Origin: a bacterium
GTDB taxonomy: Bacteria > Krumholzibacteriota > Krumholzibacteriia > LZORAL124-64-63
Direction of reading: 5' to 3'
Length of the DNA: 46,632 nucleotides
Assembly: GCA_031441465.1 (NCBI GenBank)
Contig: JANOEP010000012.1
Coordinates: 1-46,632, forward strand
The notes beneath the pieces are model-generated. The model worked only from the letters and a program-made list of their open reading frames with translations, did no database searches and was not told the DNA's origin. Positions 7,932 to 17,600 of this stretch are shown in pieces; position 1 is the first letter of the stretch; every line of letters starts with the position of its first letter. A program made the position numbers and the translations under genes.

Positions 7932-8963
7932 GTGACCGATTCCCGCTGGACCGACCCCAACCTGCGGCCGCGCGAAGACGCCGCCGAGCCGGGACTGCGT
8001 CCCCGCCGCCTCGACGAGTTCGTCGGGCAGGCCAAGGTCAAGGAGAACCTGAGGGTCTTCATCGCCGCCGCGCGCGCCCGCGGCGAGGTCCTCGACCACG
8101 TCCTGCTGTACGGGCCGCCGGGCCTGGGCAAGACCACCCTGGCCGGGATCATCGCCGCCGAGATGGAACTCGAGCTGCGCCAGAGCAGCGGTCCCGCGTT
8201 CCAGAACAGCGCCGAACTGGTCGGGCTGCTGACGCAGCACGAGGGACCCTCGGCGGTCTTCATCGACGAGATCCACCGGCTGAACCGCACGGTCGAGGAG
8301 TACCTGTACCCGGCCATGGAGGACCGGCGCATCGAGATCGTGGTGGACAAGGGACCCCACGCGCGTCACTTCCAACTGGACCTCGCGCCCTTCACCCTGC
8401 TGGGCGCCACCACCCGCGCCGGGATGATCACCGCCGCGCTGCGCTCGCGCTTCGGGATCGTCTGCCACCTGGATTTCTACCCGCCCGAAGAGCTGCAGAT
8501 CATCCTCGGTCGCACGGCGGGCATCCTGGGCATCGGCCTGGATCCCGACGGGGCGCTGGAGATGGCGCGCCGCTCGCGCGGGACGCCGCGCGCGGCCAAC
8601 CGCCTGCTGCGGCGCGTCCGCGACTACGCCCAGATCGCCGGCCGCACCGTGATCGACCACGACACCGCGGACGACGGGCTGACGCGCCTGGGCGTCGATG
8701 CGCTCGGGCTGGAGCCGCTGGACCGGCGCTACCTGCGGCTGATCGTCGAGCACTTCGCCGGCGGTCCCGTCGGCCTGCAGAACCTGGCGGTATCGCTGGG
8801 CGAGGAGCAGGACACGCTCGAGGACGTCGTGGAGCCGTACCTGATCCAGTCCGGACTGCTCAAGCGCACCCCGCGCGGTCGCGAGACGACCGAGCGGGCA
8901 TGCGCCCACCTCGGGCTCGCCCCGCCCCGCCGCAGCCAGGACGGCCAGGGTGACCTGCTCTGA
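7932..8963 (+). CDS. ruvB: Holliday junction branch migration helicase RuvB
   Basis: LRPRRLDEFVGQ, GPPGLGKTT, FIDEIHRL, GATTRAG, SRGTPR, EPYLIQ.G...RTPRGR. Confidence 0.98.
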   Translation: MTDSRWTDPNLRPREDAAEPGLRPRRLDEFVGQAKVKENLRVFIAAARARGEVLDHVLLYGPPGLGKTTLAGIIAAEMELELRQSSGPAFQNSAELVGLLTQHEGPSAVFIDEIHRLNRTVEEYLYPAMEDRRIEIVVDKGPHARHFQLDLAPFTLLGATTRAGMITAALRSRFGIVCHLDFYPPEELQIILGRTAGILGIGLDPDGALEMARRSRGTPRAANRLLRRVRDYAQIAGRTVIDHDTADDGLTRLGVDALGLEPLDRRYLRLIVEHFAGGPVGLQNLAVSLGEEQDTLEDVVEPYLIQSGLLKRTPRGRETTERACAHLGLAPPRRSQDGQGDLL

Positions 8964-10188
8964 GTCGCCGGCGGCGGCGTCCGCCTTCCATTACGATCTC
9001 CCGTCCCGGCTCGTCGCCCAATCGCCGGCCCCGCAGCGCAGCGATGCGCGCCTGATGCTGGTCGCGCGCGACGGGGGCGTGCGCGGGGAAGTGCGCTTCG
9101 CGGACCTGCCGGCGCAGCTGCGCGCGGGCGACCTGCTGGTGGTCAACGACTCGCGGGTCCTGCCGGCGCGGCTGCGGCTGCGCCGCGCCAGCGGCGGTCG
9201 CGTCGAGCTGCTGCTGGAACGGCCCCTGAGCGACGGGCAGCCGCACGACGGCCGCTGGTTGGCGCTGGCGCAGCCGATGCGCCGCCTGAAGGACGGCGAG
9301 CGGCTGCACCTCGAGGGCGACGGCGGCGCTGCCGATCCGGACGCCGCGGTCGAGATCGTGGGGCGCGACGGAAGCGGCGGGCTGATCGTGCGCGCCTGCG
9401 GGGGCGACCTCGCCGACCTCGCGCAGCGGCGGGGGGAGACGCCCTTGCCGCCCTACATCCGGCGCGGGCCCGGCACCGCGCCCGCGCTGGCGGCGCTCGA
9501 CCGCGAGCGCTACCAGACGGTGTACGCCGACGAGCGGGGCTCGGTCGCGGCGCCGACCGCGGGCCTGCACTTCGACGAGCCTCTGCTGGCGCGGCTGCGC
9601 GAAGCCGGCGTCGGGACGGCGCGCGTCACCCTGCACGTCGGTTCAGGCACCTTCCGCCCGCCCGGTCCCGACGATCTGGCGCGGCGCCGGCTGCACGCCG
9701 AGCACTTCACGCTGCCGGCCGCGACCGAGGCCGCCGTGCGACGCTGCCGCCGCGACGGCGGTCGGGTCATCGCGGTCGGCACGACGTCGCTGCGGGTTCT
9801 CGAGACGGTCCGCCGCCTGGAGCTGGACCGTGACGGGCCGGACCGGCGCCGCCGGGAACCGGCGACGGGCGGTGTGCCGGCGGAATTCGAAGGCGAGGCC
9901 GTCCGCGTCGGCGGGGCGTCGCCCGACGGTGCGGGCTGGCGCGTGTCCGGTCTGACGCGCCTCTTCGTCGCCCCGCCCGACGCGGTGGCGGCGGCCGACG
10001 GCCTGATCACCAATTTCCACCTGCCGCACTCGTCGCTGCTGATGCTGCTGGCGGCCTTCCTCGGCGGGCAGGATCGCTGGCGGCCCGCCTACGCGCACGC
10101 GGTGAGCGGCGATTGGCGCTTCTACAGCTACGGCGACGCGATGCTCGTCCTGCCGGAGCCGAACCCAGCGTCGAAGGACGGACGATGA
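8950..10188 (+). CDS. queA: SAM:tRNA ribosyltransferase-isomerase QueA
   Basis: FHYDLP..LVAQ.P, PLPPYI, RYQTVYA, GSVAAPTAGLHF, LHVG.GTF, AVGTTSLR, TNFHLP, YSYGDAM. Confidence 0.96.
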   Translation: MTCSESPAAASAFHYDLPSRLVAQSPAPQRSDARLMLVARDGGVRGEVRFADLPAQLRAGDLLVVNDSRVLPARLRLRRASGGRVELLLERPLSDGQPHDGRWLALAQPMRRLKDGERLHLEGDGGAADPDAAVEIVGRDGSGGLIVRACGGDLADLAQRRGETPLPPYIRRGPGTAPALAALDRERYQTVYADERGSVAAPTAGLHFDEPLLARLREAGVGTARVTLHVGSGTFRPPGPDDLARRRLHAEHFTLPAATEAAVRRCRRDGGRVIAVGTTSLRVLETVRRLELDRDGPDRRRREPATGGVPAEFEGEAVRVGGASPDGAGWRVSGLTRLFVAPPDAVAAADGLITNFHLPHSSLLMLLAAFLGGQDRWRPAYAHAVSGDWRFYSYGDAMLVLPEPNPASKDGR

Positions 10189-11381
10189 ACCGGAATTCCC
10201 CGCCCGCGTTCGACCGGGCGTTCGGCTTCGAGGTGACGGCCCGCGACGGCGCGGCGCGCCGCGGCTGGCTGCGCACGCCCCACGCCGAGGTCGAGACGCC
10301 GGTGTTCATGCCCGTGGGCACCCACGGCTCGATCAAGGCCATGACCTTCGAGCAGGTGGCCGCCGCGGGCGCCCGCCTGATCCTCGGCAACACCTACCAC
10401 CTGTACCTGCGGCCCGGCCACCGGCTGATCGAGGCGCTCGGCGGGCTGCACCGCTTCGAGGGCTGGGACGGCGCGATGCTCACCGACAGCGCCGGCTTCC
10501 AGGTCTTCTCGCTGTCCGCGCTGAACAAGGTGGACGAGGACGGCGTGGCCTTCCGCTCGCACCTGGACGGCAGCAGCCACCGCTTCACGCCCGAACTGTC
10601 GATGGAGATCCAGCTGGCGCTGGGCGCGGACATCGTCATGGCCTTCGACCACTGCCTGCCCCACGGCGCCGACACGGCCGCCGTCGCGGCCGCCGTGGAC
10701 CGCACCGACCGCTGGCTGCGCCGCTGCCGCGACGCCTTCGGCCCCGACGGCCGCCGCCGCAAGGACGGCTACGAGCGCGTGCTGTTCGGCATCGTCCAGG
10801 GCGGGTTCGACCCGCAGCAGCGCCGGCGGTCGGCCGAGTTGGTCGCCGCCCTCGACCTGCCCGGGACGGCCATCGGCGGGCTGTCGGTCGGCGAGCCCGT
10901 GCCCCTGATGCGGGAGATGGTCGCGACGACGACGGCGCTGCTGCCGCCGGATCGTCCGCGCTACCTGATGGGGGTGGGCTTCCCGGACGACATCGTCCAC
11001 GGTGTGCTCGCCGGCGTGGACATGTTCGACTGCGTGCTGCCGACGCGCATGGGCCGCACCGGCACCGTGCTGACGTACGACGGCCGGCTGGTGGTCAAGA
11101 ACGGCGCCTACGCCCGCGACGAACGCCCGCTGGACGCCGACTGCGATTGCCCGGTCTGCGCGCGCCACAGCCGCGCCTACGTGCGGCACCTGCTGTCGTG
11201 CGGCGAGATCCTCGGCCTGACGCTGGCCACCACCCACAACGTCTGGTTCTACCAGGCGCTGATGCGCGACCTGCGCGAGGCCATCGCCGCGGGCCGCCTG
11301 CCGGCCTTCGCCGCGGCCTTCCTCGCGCGCTGGGACGAGGGCGAGCGCCGGCGCCGGGCCGGCGATCCCGATCGCCCCTGA
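10185..11381 (+). CDS. tgt: tRNA-guanine transglycosylase (bacterial preQ1 type)
   Basis: TPVFMPVGT, LGNTYHL, TDSAGFQVFSL, FDHC, GIVQGG, GGLSVGE, PRYLMGVG, DMFDCVLPTR, CDCPVC..H zinc site. Confidence 0.97.
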   Translation: MNRNSPPAFDRAFGFEVTARDGAARRGWLRTPHAEVETPVFMPVGTHGSIKAMTFEQVAAAGARLILGNTYHLYLRPGHRLIEALGGLHRFEGWDGAMLTDSAGFQVFSLSALNKVDEDGVAFRSHLDGSSHRFTPELSMEIQLALGADIVMAFDHCLPHGADTAAVAAAVDRTDRWLRRCRDAFGPDGRRRKDGYERVLFGIVQGGFDPQQRRRSAELVAALDLPGTAIGGLSVGEPVPLMREMVATTTALLPPDRPRYLMGVGFPDDIVHGVLAGVDMFDCVLPTRMGRTGTVLTYDGRLVVKNGAYARDERPLDADCDCPVCARHSRAYVRHLLSCGEILGLTLATTHNVWFYQALMRDLREAIAAGRLPAFAAAFLARWDEGERRRRAGDPDRP

Positions 11382-11482
11382 GCGGAGAGCGCAATTCCCA
11401 GTCGGCGACTCCGGGTTTGCCCGCGGACCCCGACTGTGCCATCTTGGTCCCGGCCGTGAACGAACGACGACAAGGAGCTGTC

Positions 11483-11809
11483 ATGTCGCTAGTGAATTTC
11501 CTCGCCATGAGCCCCGCGCCCCAGTCGGGGCAGCCCGCGCCCGGGCAGGGTGCCATCTTCATGAACTTCGCCTTCATCGGCATGATGGTGCTGGTGTTCT
11601 ACCTGCTGATCTGGCGTCCCAACGCCCAGCGGCAGAAGAAGCATCGCCTGATGCTCGAGAGCCTCAAGAAGGGCGACCAGATCGTCACCACCGGCGGCCT
11701 GTTCGCGACCGTGCAGAGCGTCAAGGACGACCGCCTGGTCTGCACCATCGGCGAAGGCGTGAAGGTCGAGATCGCCCGCAGCGCGGTCGCCACGGTCCTG
11801 CCGGCCTGA
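11483..11809 (+). CDS. yajC: preprotein translocase subunit YajC
   Basis: AGGAG RBS; TM helix then FYLLIWRP..QR.K.H..M..SLKKGD.IVTTGG. Confidence 0.95.
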   Translation: MSLVNFLAMSPAPQSGQPAPGQGAIFMNFAFIGMMVLVFYLLIWRPNAQRQKKHRLMLESLKKGDQIVTTGGLFATVQSVKDDRLVCTIGEGVKVEIARSAVATVLPA

Positions 11810-11811
11810 TC

Positions 11812-12342
11812 ATGACCGACGTCGCGCCTCGTCGCCTGGTGCTGTACGGCGACCGGCGCTTGCGCCGGATCTGCCGCAGCCCGGAACCCGGCGAACCGGG
11901 GCTCGACGCGCTCGTCCAGGACATGACCCAGCTCATGCGGCGCCACCGCGGCGTCGGGCTCGCCGCCCCCCAACTGGGGGACGACCGGCGTGTCGTGGTG
12001 GTGCAGCCGGACCTCGCCGGACGACGGCCGCCGCTGGTGATGCTCGACCCCGTGCTGGAGGATACGGGCGGCCCGCCGGTCAGGTTCGAGGAGGGCTGCC
12101 TGTCCTTCCCCGGCATCTACCGGCGGATCGTGCGGCCGCGCTCGGCGGTCGTCCGCTACCGCGACCCAGACGGCGCGACCCGCTGGCTGCGCGACGACGG
12201 CCTGGCCGCGCGCATCGCGCTGCACGAACTGGATCACCTGGATGGGGTCCTGATGGTGGACCACCTTGATTCCTGGCGGCGTTTCGGCGTGGAACTGCGG
12301 CTGGGTCTGCGGCGCCTGCGCCCCGGAGGAGGTCGCGCGTGA
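11812..12342 (+). CDS. def: peptide deformylase
   Basis: GVGLAAPQLG, EEGCLSFPG, HELDHLDG. Confidence 0.97.
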   Translation: MTDVAPRRLVLYGDRRLRRICRSPEPGEPGLDALVQDMTQLMRRHRGVGLAAPQLGDDRRVVVVQPDLAGRRPPLVMLDPVLEDTGGPPVRFEEGCLSFPGIYRRIVRPRSAVVRYRDPDGATRWLRDDGLAARIALHELDHLDGVLMVDHLDSWRRFGVELRLGLRRLRPGGGRA

Positions 12343-13274
12343 GGATCGTGTTCATGGGCTCGCCGGAGTTCGCGGTGCCGACGCTCGACGCCCTGGTGGA
12401 GAGCCGCGCCGAGATCCCCCTGGTCGTCACCCAGCCCGACCGCCGCGCCGGCCGCGGCCGCCTGCTCGAGGCGACCGCGGTCAAGACCGCGGCCCGCGGG
12501 CACGGGCTGCCCGTGGTCGAGTGGGGCGCCGGCGACGCCGCCCGCGTCACGCAGCTGGTGCAGGACGCGGCGCCCGACGTCGTGGTCGTGACGGCGTTCG
12601 GCCACATCCTGCGCCAGCACCTGCTCGCCGTTCCCCGACACGGCTGCATCAACCTGCACGCCTCGCTGCTGCCGCGCTGGCGCGGGGTCGCGCCCGTCCA
12701 CTACGCGATCCTGCACGGCGACGCCTGGAGCGGCGTCAGCATCATGCGCATGGACGCCGGCGTGGACACCGGGCCGGTGCTGGCCCAGCACGCGGTGGCC
12801 ATCGATCCCGAAGAGACGGCCGGCGATCTGCTGGACCGCCTGGCGGGTCGCGGCGCGGACCTGCTGGTCCGCACCCTGCGCGTGCTCGAGACGGGCGCCG
12901 CCCCCGAAACGGCGCAGAACGAGACGGGCGCCGTCTACGCGCCGAAGCTCAACCGCTCGCTGTCGCCCCTGCGCTGGGAGCGCTCGGTGGTGAAGGTCCA
13001 CAACCAGGTGCGCGGGCTGCAGCCCTGGCCCGGCGCCACGACCTTCCTCGCCGACCACCAGATCAAGCTCACCGGGGCGCGGCCCTGGTCCTTCCACACT
13101 TCCGGCGCCGAACCGGGCACCGTGCTGGCGGTCGTGGACGAGGGTCTGTGCGTGGCCTGCGGCGAAGGCGTCCTGCTGGTGACCGGCCTGCAGAATCCCG
13201 GCAAGAAACCGATGACCGCCGCCGAATTCCTGCGCGGCTGCCCGATCCCCGCCGGCACCCGCCTGCGCTCATGA
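12339..13274 (+). CDS. fmt: methionyl-tRNA formyltransferase
   Basis: MRIVFMGSPEFAV, VTQPDR..GRG, INLHASLLPRWRG.AP, MDAGVDTG, RGLQPWPGA. Confidence 0.97.
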   Translation: MRIVFMGSPEFAVPTLDALVESRAEIPLVVTQPDRRAGRGRLLEATAVKTAARGHGLPVVEWGAGDAARVTQLVQDAAPDVVVVTAFGHILRQHLLAVPRHGCINLHASLLPRWRGVAPVHYAILHGDAWSGVSIMRMDAGVDTGPVLAQHAVAIDPEETAGDLLDRLAGRGADLLVRTLRVLETGAAPETAQNETGAVYAPKLNRSLSPLRWERSVVKVHNQVRGLQPWPGATTFLADHQIKLTGARPWSFHTSGAEPGTVLAVVDEGLCVACGEGVLLVTGLQNPGKKPMTAAEFLRGCPIPAGTRLRS

Positions 13275-14617
13275 ACCTCGACCCTGTGCGCCGGCTCGCC
13301 TGGGACGTGCTGCAGCGCGCCGAGCTGGACGAGAACCTCGACTTCGCCCTCGACGCGGCCCTGGCGCGGCTGGAAGACGAGCGCGACCGGCGGTTCCTGG
13401 CGGAACTCGTCAAGGGCACGCTGCGCTGGCGCGGGCGCTACGACCACCTCGTGCGCCGGTTCTCGCGCAAGGACGCCGCGACGCCGCCCGAGATCGCCGA
13501 CGTCCTGCGCCTGGGACTGCACCAGCTGCTCGGCATGGACCGCGTGCCGGACCACGCGGCGCTGCACCAGAGCGTCGCCCTCGCCCGCGACGTGGCGGGG
13601 CCGTGGCCCGCCCCCTTCGTCAACGGGCTGCTGCAGTCGGTGCGGCGGGCCGTCGGCGACGAGCCGCGCCAACCGGACGCCTTGCACGCGCTGTTCCCCG
13701 ATCCCGAGCGCGATCCCGACGGCTGGCTGGCCTCCTGGTGGAGCCACCCGCGATGGTTGGTCGCGCGCTGGCGCGCCCGCTACGGTCTCGCTCAGACCGC
13801 GGAACTCTGCCGTTGCAACAACCTGCCCCCGCCGCTGACCGTGCACGTGCTGGCGCCCGCCGATCCGAGCGCCGTCGCCGCGGCGTTGGCCGCCGCCGGC
13901 CGCCCCAGCCGCCCCGGCGCGCTGAGCCCGCGCGCCCTGTTGCTCGCGACCGAGGAACGCGCCGCACTGGCGGCCCTGCTGGCGACACGCCCGGAACTGA
14001 TCGTCCAGGACGAGGCGGTCCAGGCGGCGTGCGACCTGCTTCTGGACGGCGTCGCGGGACCCGCGCTGGACCTCTGCGCGGCGCCGGGGGGCAAGACGGC
14101 CCGCCTGCGCGCGACCCTCGGCGCGCAGGCGTTGCTGGTGGCCGCGGACCACAGCGCCGCGCGCCTGCGCAAGCTGCGGACGGCGGCGAAAAGGATCGAC
14201 GCGGGGCCCGACCTCGTGGTATCTGCTGACGGCAGGGCGCCCCCCTTCCGGCCGGCCTCCTTCGCGACGGTGCTGCTCGACGGGCCCTGCACCGGGACCG
14301 GCGTGCTGCGGCACCACCCGGAGGGGAAGTGGCGCCTGCGTCCGGAGGCGGTCGCCGGCTCGGCGGCCCGTTTGACGGAACTGGCGCGGCAGGCCGCCCT
14401 GCTGCTGCAGCCGGGCGGGCGGCTTCTCTACGCCACCTGTTCCCTGGAACCCGAAGAGAACCAGGACGTTTTGCAGGCGATCCTGGCGGCGGACCCGTCG
14501 CTGGCGCCCTGCCCCTGGCACGCGAACGGGGAATGGTCGCGGACCTGGTTGCCCCAGCGCGAGGGCGCGGACGGCTTTTTCGCGGCCCGGCTGTACCGGC
14601 GGGGAGATGCGTCGTGA
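13271..14617 (+). CDS. rsmB: 16S rRNA m5C967 methyltransferase RsmB (Sun)
   Basis: NusB-like N-domain (LRLGLHQL, FVNGLL), SHPRWL, VQDE, DLCAAPGGKT, LDGPCTGTG, YATCS.EPEEN, DGFFAA. Confidence 0.93.
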   Translation: MNLDPVRRLAWDVLQRAELDENLDFALDAALARLEDERDRRFLAELVKGTLRWRGRYDHLVRRFSRKDAATPPEIADVLRLGLHQLLGMDRVPDHAALHQSVALARDVAGPWPAPFVNGLLQSVRRAVGDEPRQPDALHALFPDPERDPDGWLASWWSHPRWLVARWRARYGLAQTAELCRCNNLPPPLTVHVLAPADPSAVAAALAAAGRPSRPGALSPRALLLATEERAALAALLATRPELIVQDEAVQAACDLLLDGVAGPALDLCAAPGGKTARLRATLGAQALLVAADHSAARLRKLRTAAKRIDAGPDLVVSADGRAPPFRPASFATVLLDGPCTGTGVLRHHPEGKWRLRPEAVAGSAARLTELARQAALLLQPGGRLLYATCSLEPEENQDVLQAILAADPSLAPCPWHANGEWSRTWLPQREGADGFFAARLYRRGDAS

Positions 14618-15339
14618 AGTTCTGGCAGTTCCTGCTGTTGCTCGTGAGTCTCGGCGCCGCCTGCGCCGTCGGCTTGGCCCTGAGCAACTACCTCATCGTC
14701 CCGCAGTTGATCCACCGCAACGCCGAGGTCCGCGTGCCCGACCTGCGCGAGCGGACCCTGTCGCAGGCGCGCCAGACCGCCGCCGGCGCCGGCCTCGAGG
14801 TCGAGGTGGTGCGCAGCGAGGCGCACGCCCGGCAGCCGGTCGGCAACGTCGTCGATCAGCACCCCTCGCCCGGGCAGCCCGTGCGCAAGGGGAGGGCGGT
14901 GGGCCTCGTGCTGAGCAGCGGCCCGCCTTCCGGAGCCGTGCCCGACCTCGACGGCCTCAACGTGCAGCAGGCCGCGGCGACCCTTCAGCGCGGGGGATTC
15001 CGCGCCGGGCGGACCCTGCGCGCGCGCGGCCTCGCCGGGGCCCCGTCGACCGTGGTGCTGCAGTACCCCGCGGCCGGAACCGAGAGCCGCAAGGGCGTGA
15101 CCGTGGACGTGGTCATGGCCGACCAGGCGGTGGCGCCCGCGTTCCTGATGCCCGATCTCAAGGGCCGGACGCTGTCGACGGCCCGCGGCGCCATCGAGGC
15201 GTCCGGCTGCGTCCTCGCGCCGCTGCGCCACGTCCGCGATTCCCGCACGCCGCCGCAAACCATCCTGCGCCAGTCGCCCGAACCGGGGACCAGGATCCTC
15301 AGGGGAGAAATCGTTGAACTGGTGGTCGCGACGCGCTGA
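14614..15339 (+). CDS. membrane-anchored protein with three PASTA domains
   Basis: N-terminal TM helix; three repeats starting VPDLRE, VPDLDG and MPDLKG, each with Q.P.PG..V-type motifs. Confidence 0.88.
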   Translation: MKFWQFLLLLVSLGAACAVGLALSNYLIVPQLIHRNAEVRVPDLRERTLSQARQTAAGAGLEVEVVRSEAHARQPVGNVVDQHPSPGQPVRKGRAVGLVLSSGPPSGAVPDLDGLNVQQAAATLQRGGFRAGRTLRARGLAGAPSTVVLQYPAAGTESRKGVTVDVVMADQAVAPAFLMPDLKGRTLSTARGAIEASGCVLAPLRHVRDSRTPPQTILRQSPEPGTRILRGEIVELVVATR

Positions 15340-15985
15340 ACACGCGACGGCGGTGGCTCCCTCCCTGCTGTCGGCCGATTTCGCCGACCTGAGGGGGGAG
15401 GTCGCGAAGATGGAGTCCGCCGGCGCGGACCTGTTCCACCTCGACGTCATGGACGGTCATTTCGTCCCCGACCTCACCTTCGGCCCCCTGGTCGTCGCCG
15501 CCGTCCGGCGGTGCACGGCCCTTCCGCTCGACGCGCACCTGATGGTGTCAAGGCCGGAGCGCCAGCTGGCGGCCTTCGCCCGGTCCGGCGCCGACGCGAT
15601 CACGATCCACATCGAGGCCGTCCCCGAACCCGGCGCCGCCCTCGCCGCGATCGGGGCGCTGGGGGTGCGTCGCGGCCTCAGCCTGAATCCCGGCACCCCG
15701 CTGGAATCGGTGCTGCCCTGGCTCGACCGGGTCGACCTCGTCCTGGTGATGTCCGTGCAACCGGGGGCCGGCGGCCAGAGTTTTCAGCCGGCGGCCCTGG
15801 ACAAATTGCGGGCCCTGGCCGCGCACCGGTCCGCCACCGGGCTCGAATTCGCCGTTTCCGTCGACGGTGGCGTCAACGACCGGACGGCTGCGGCCTGCCG
15901 GAGCGCCGGGGCCGACATCCTGGTCGCCGGATCCTACCTGTTCGGCGCCGCCGACCCCGCCGCCGCGATCGCCGCCCTGCGCTGA
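15314..15985 (+). CDS. rpe: ribulose-phosphate 3-epimerase
   Basis: APSLLSADF, HLDVMDGHFVP, DAHLMV, LNPGTP, VMSV.PG.GGQ.F, VDGGVN, LVAGS. Confidence 0.97.
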   Translation: MNWWSRRAEHATAVAPSLLSADFADLRGEVAKMESAGADLFHLDVMDGHFVPDLTFGPLVVAAVRRCTALPLDAHLMVSRPERQLAAFARSGADAITIHIEAVPEPGAALAAIGALGVRRGLSLNPGTPLESVLPWLDRVDLVLVMSVQPGAGGQSFQPAALDKLRALAAHRSATGLEFAVSVDGGVNDRTAAACRSAGADILVAGSYLFGAADPAAAIAALR

Positions 15986-16145
15986 CTCGCCCGAAACCCA
16001 CAATACGCTTGATTTCGCGGTCGGATTCGACGATACTGGTCGGTCGCGGCTATCTTTTACTGTCGCGGCCAGGGGGCAGGACGCCGGAAGCGTCCGCCCG
16101 CTGTTTTTGTGCGCGCCGCCATGTTCCCGCGAGAGGATCCCGAGG

Positions 16146-17483
16146 GTGTTCCAGGAGTTGACCAGCCGGCTGGGCGGCGCGCTGCGCAAGCTGTCGGGCC
16201 AGGACCGTCTGACCGAGGACAACGTCAGGGACGCGCTGCGTGAAGTGCGCCTGGCGTTGCTCGAGGCGGACGTCAACTACCAGGTCGCCAAGGATTTCGT
16301 CGCCCGCGTCGGCGAACAGGCCGCCGGGCAGCAGGTCTGGGACAGCCTGACGGCCGACCAGCAGGTCCTCAAGATCGTCCGCGACGAGATCGTGGAACTG
16401 CTCGGCGGCGAGACGTCCGCGCTGAACCTGTCGGGCGCGCCGGTGGCCACGGTCATGGTCATGGGCCTGCAGGGCAGCGGCAAGACCACCTTCTGCGCCA
16501 AGCTCGCGCTGCGCCTGCTGAAGGAGGGCCGCTCCCCCCTGCTGGTGGCGGCGGACATCTACCGGCCGGCGGCGATCGACCAGCTCGAGACGCTGGCCGC
16601 GCAGGCGGGGGTGCCGGTCCACGCCGACCGCGAGCGCCGCAACGTCGCGCAGATCGTCAAGCTCGGCCTGCGCCGGGCGCGGGACAACAAGTGCGACGTG
16701 CTGATCGTCGACACCGCCGGTCGCCTGCACATCGACGCCACGCTCATGGACGAGCTGGCCGCGATCGACAAGGCCGTGCCGATGGACGAGAAGCTCCTGG
16801 TCGTGGACGCCATGACCGGCCAGGAAGCGGTGACCGTCGCCCGCGAGTTCGCCTCGCGCGTGGGCTTCGACGGCGCCGTGTTGACGAAGATGGACGGCGA
16901 CGCCCGCGGCGGCGCCGCGCTGTCGGTCAAGGCCGTCACCGGCCGGCCCGTCAAGCTGGTCTCCACGGGCGAGAAGCTCGCCGACCTGGAGACCTTCCAT
17001 CCGGACCGCATGGCGGGCCGTATCCTCGGCATGGGCGACGTCATGTCGCTGATCGAGCGGGCCGAGGAGAACATGGACCAGCAGGAGGCCGAGGCGCTGG
17101 CCGAGCGCTTCCTGCAGAACCAGTTCACGCTCGAGGATTTCCAGAAGCAGATCCGCCAGGTGCGGCGGATGGGTCCCCTGAAGGGGATCATGAAGATGCT
17201 GCCCGGGGTCGACGGCGGGATGATCGACAAGTCGAACGTCGACGAGAAGCAACTGGGCAAGGTCGAGGCCATCCTGAGTTCGATGACCCCGTCCGAGCGC
17301 CGCAGCCCGGAGATCATCAACGGCTCGCGCCGCAAGCGGATCGCCCGCGGCAGCGGCACGAACGTGTCCCAGGTCAACCGGTTGCTCAAGCAGTACCGCG
17401 ACATGCGGCGGATGATGCGCAGCATCAACGCCGCCGGCGGTCTGGAGGAATTCGGACGCAAGGTGCTGGGCGGGCGCGGTTAG
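16146..17483 (+). CDS. ffh: signal recognition particle protein Ffh
   Basis: GTG start (MFQELTSRL); ALLEADV, GLQGSGKTT, DIYRPAA, DTAGR, TKMDGDARGG, RILGMGD, M-domain SMT..ER..P...NGSRRKRIARGSG. Confidence 0.98.
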   Translation: MFQELTSRLGGALRKLSGQDRLTEDNVRDALREVRLALLEADVNYQVAKDFVARVGEQAAGQQVWDSLTADQQVLKIVRDEIVELLGGETSALNLSGAPVATVMVMGLQGSGKTTFCAKLALRLLKEGRSPLLVAADIYRPAAIDQLETLAAQAGVPVHADRERRNVAQIVKLGLRRARDNKCDVLIVDTAGRLHIDATLMDELAAIDKAVPMDEKLLVVDAMTGQEAVTVAREFASRVGFDGAVLTKMDGDARGGAALSVKAVTGRPVKLVSTGEKLADLETFHPDRMAGRILGMGDVMSLIERAEENMDQQEAEALAERFLQNQFTLEDFQKQIRQVRRMGPLKGIMKMLPGVDGGMIDKSNVDEKQLGKVEAILSSMTPSERRSPEIINGSRRKRIARGSGTNVSQVNRLLKQYRDMRRMMRSINAAGGLEEFGRKVLGGRG

Positions 17484-17507
17484 GCCCGGCCAGGCGACCC
17501 GGGCGGC

Positions 17508-17536
17508 TTGGATCCGGCCGTCCGAGGATGTATATT
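17508..17536 (+). promoter_or_regulatory. probable sigma70 promoter for the rpsP operon
   Basis: TTGGAT (17508-17513), 17 bp, TATATT (17531-17536). Confidence 0.6.
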
Positions 17537-17600
17537 GGATCGCTTCGCGCCTGAACGGCAGGGGCGGGGCAACACACCGACACGAACCCGGAGGTACTCA

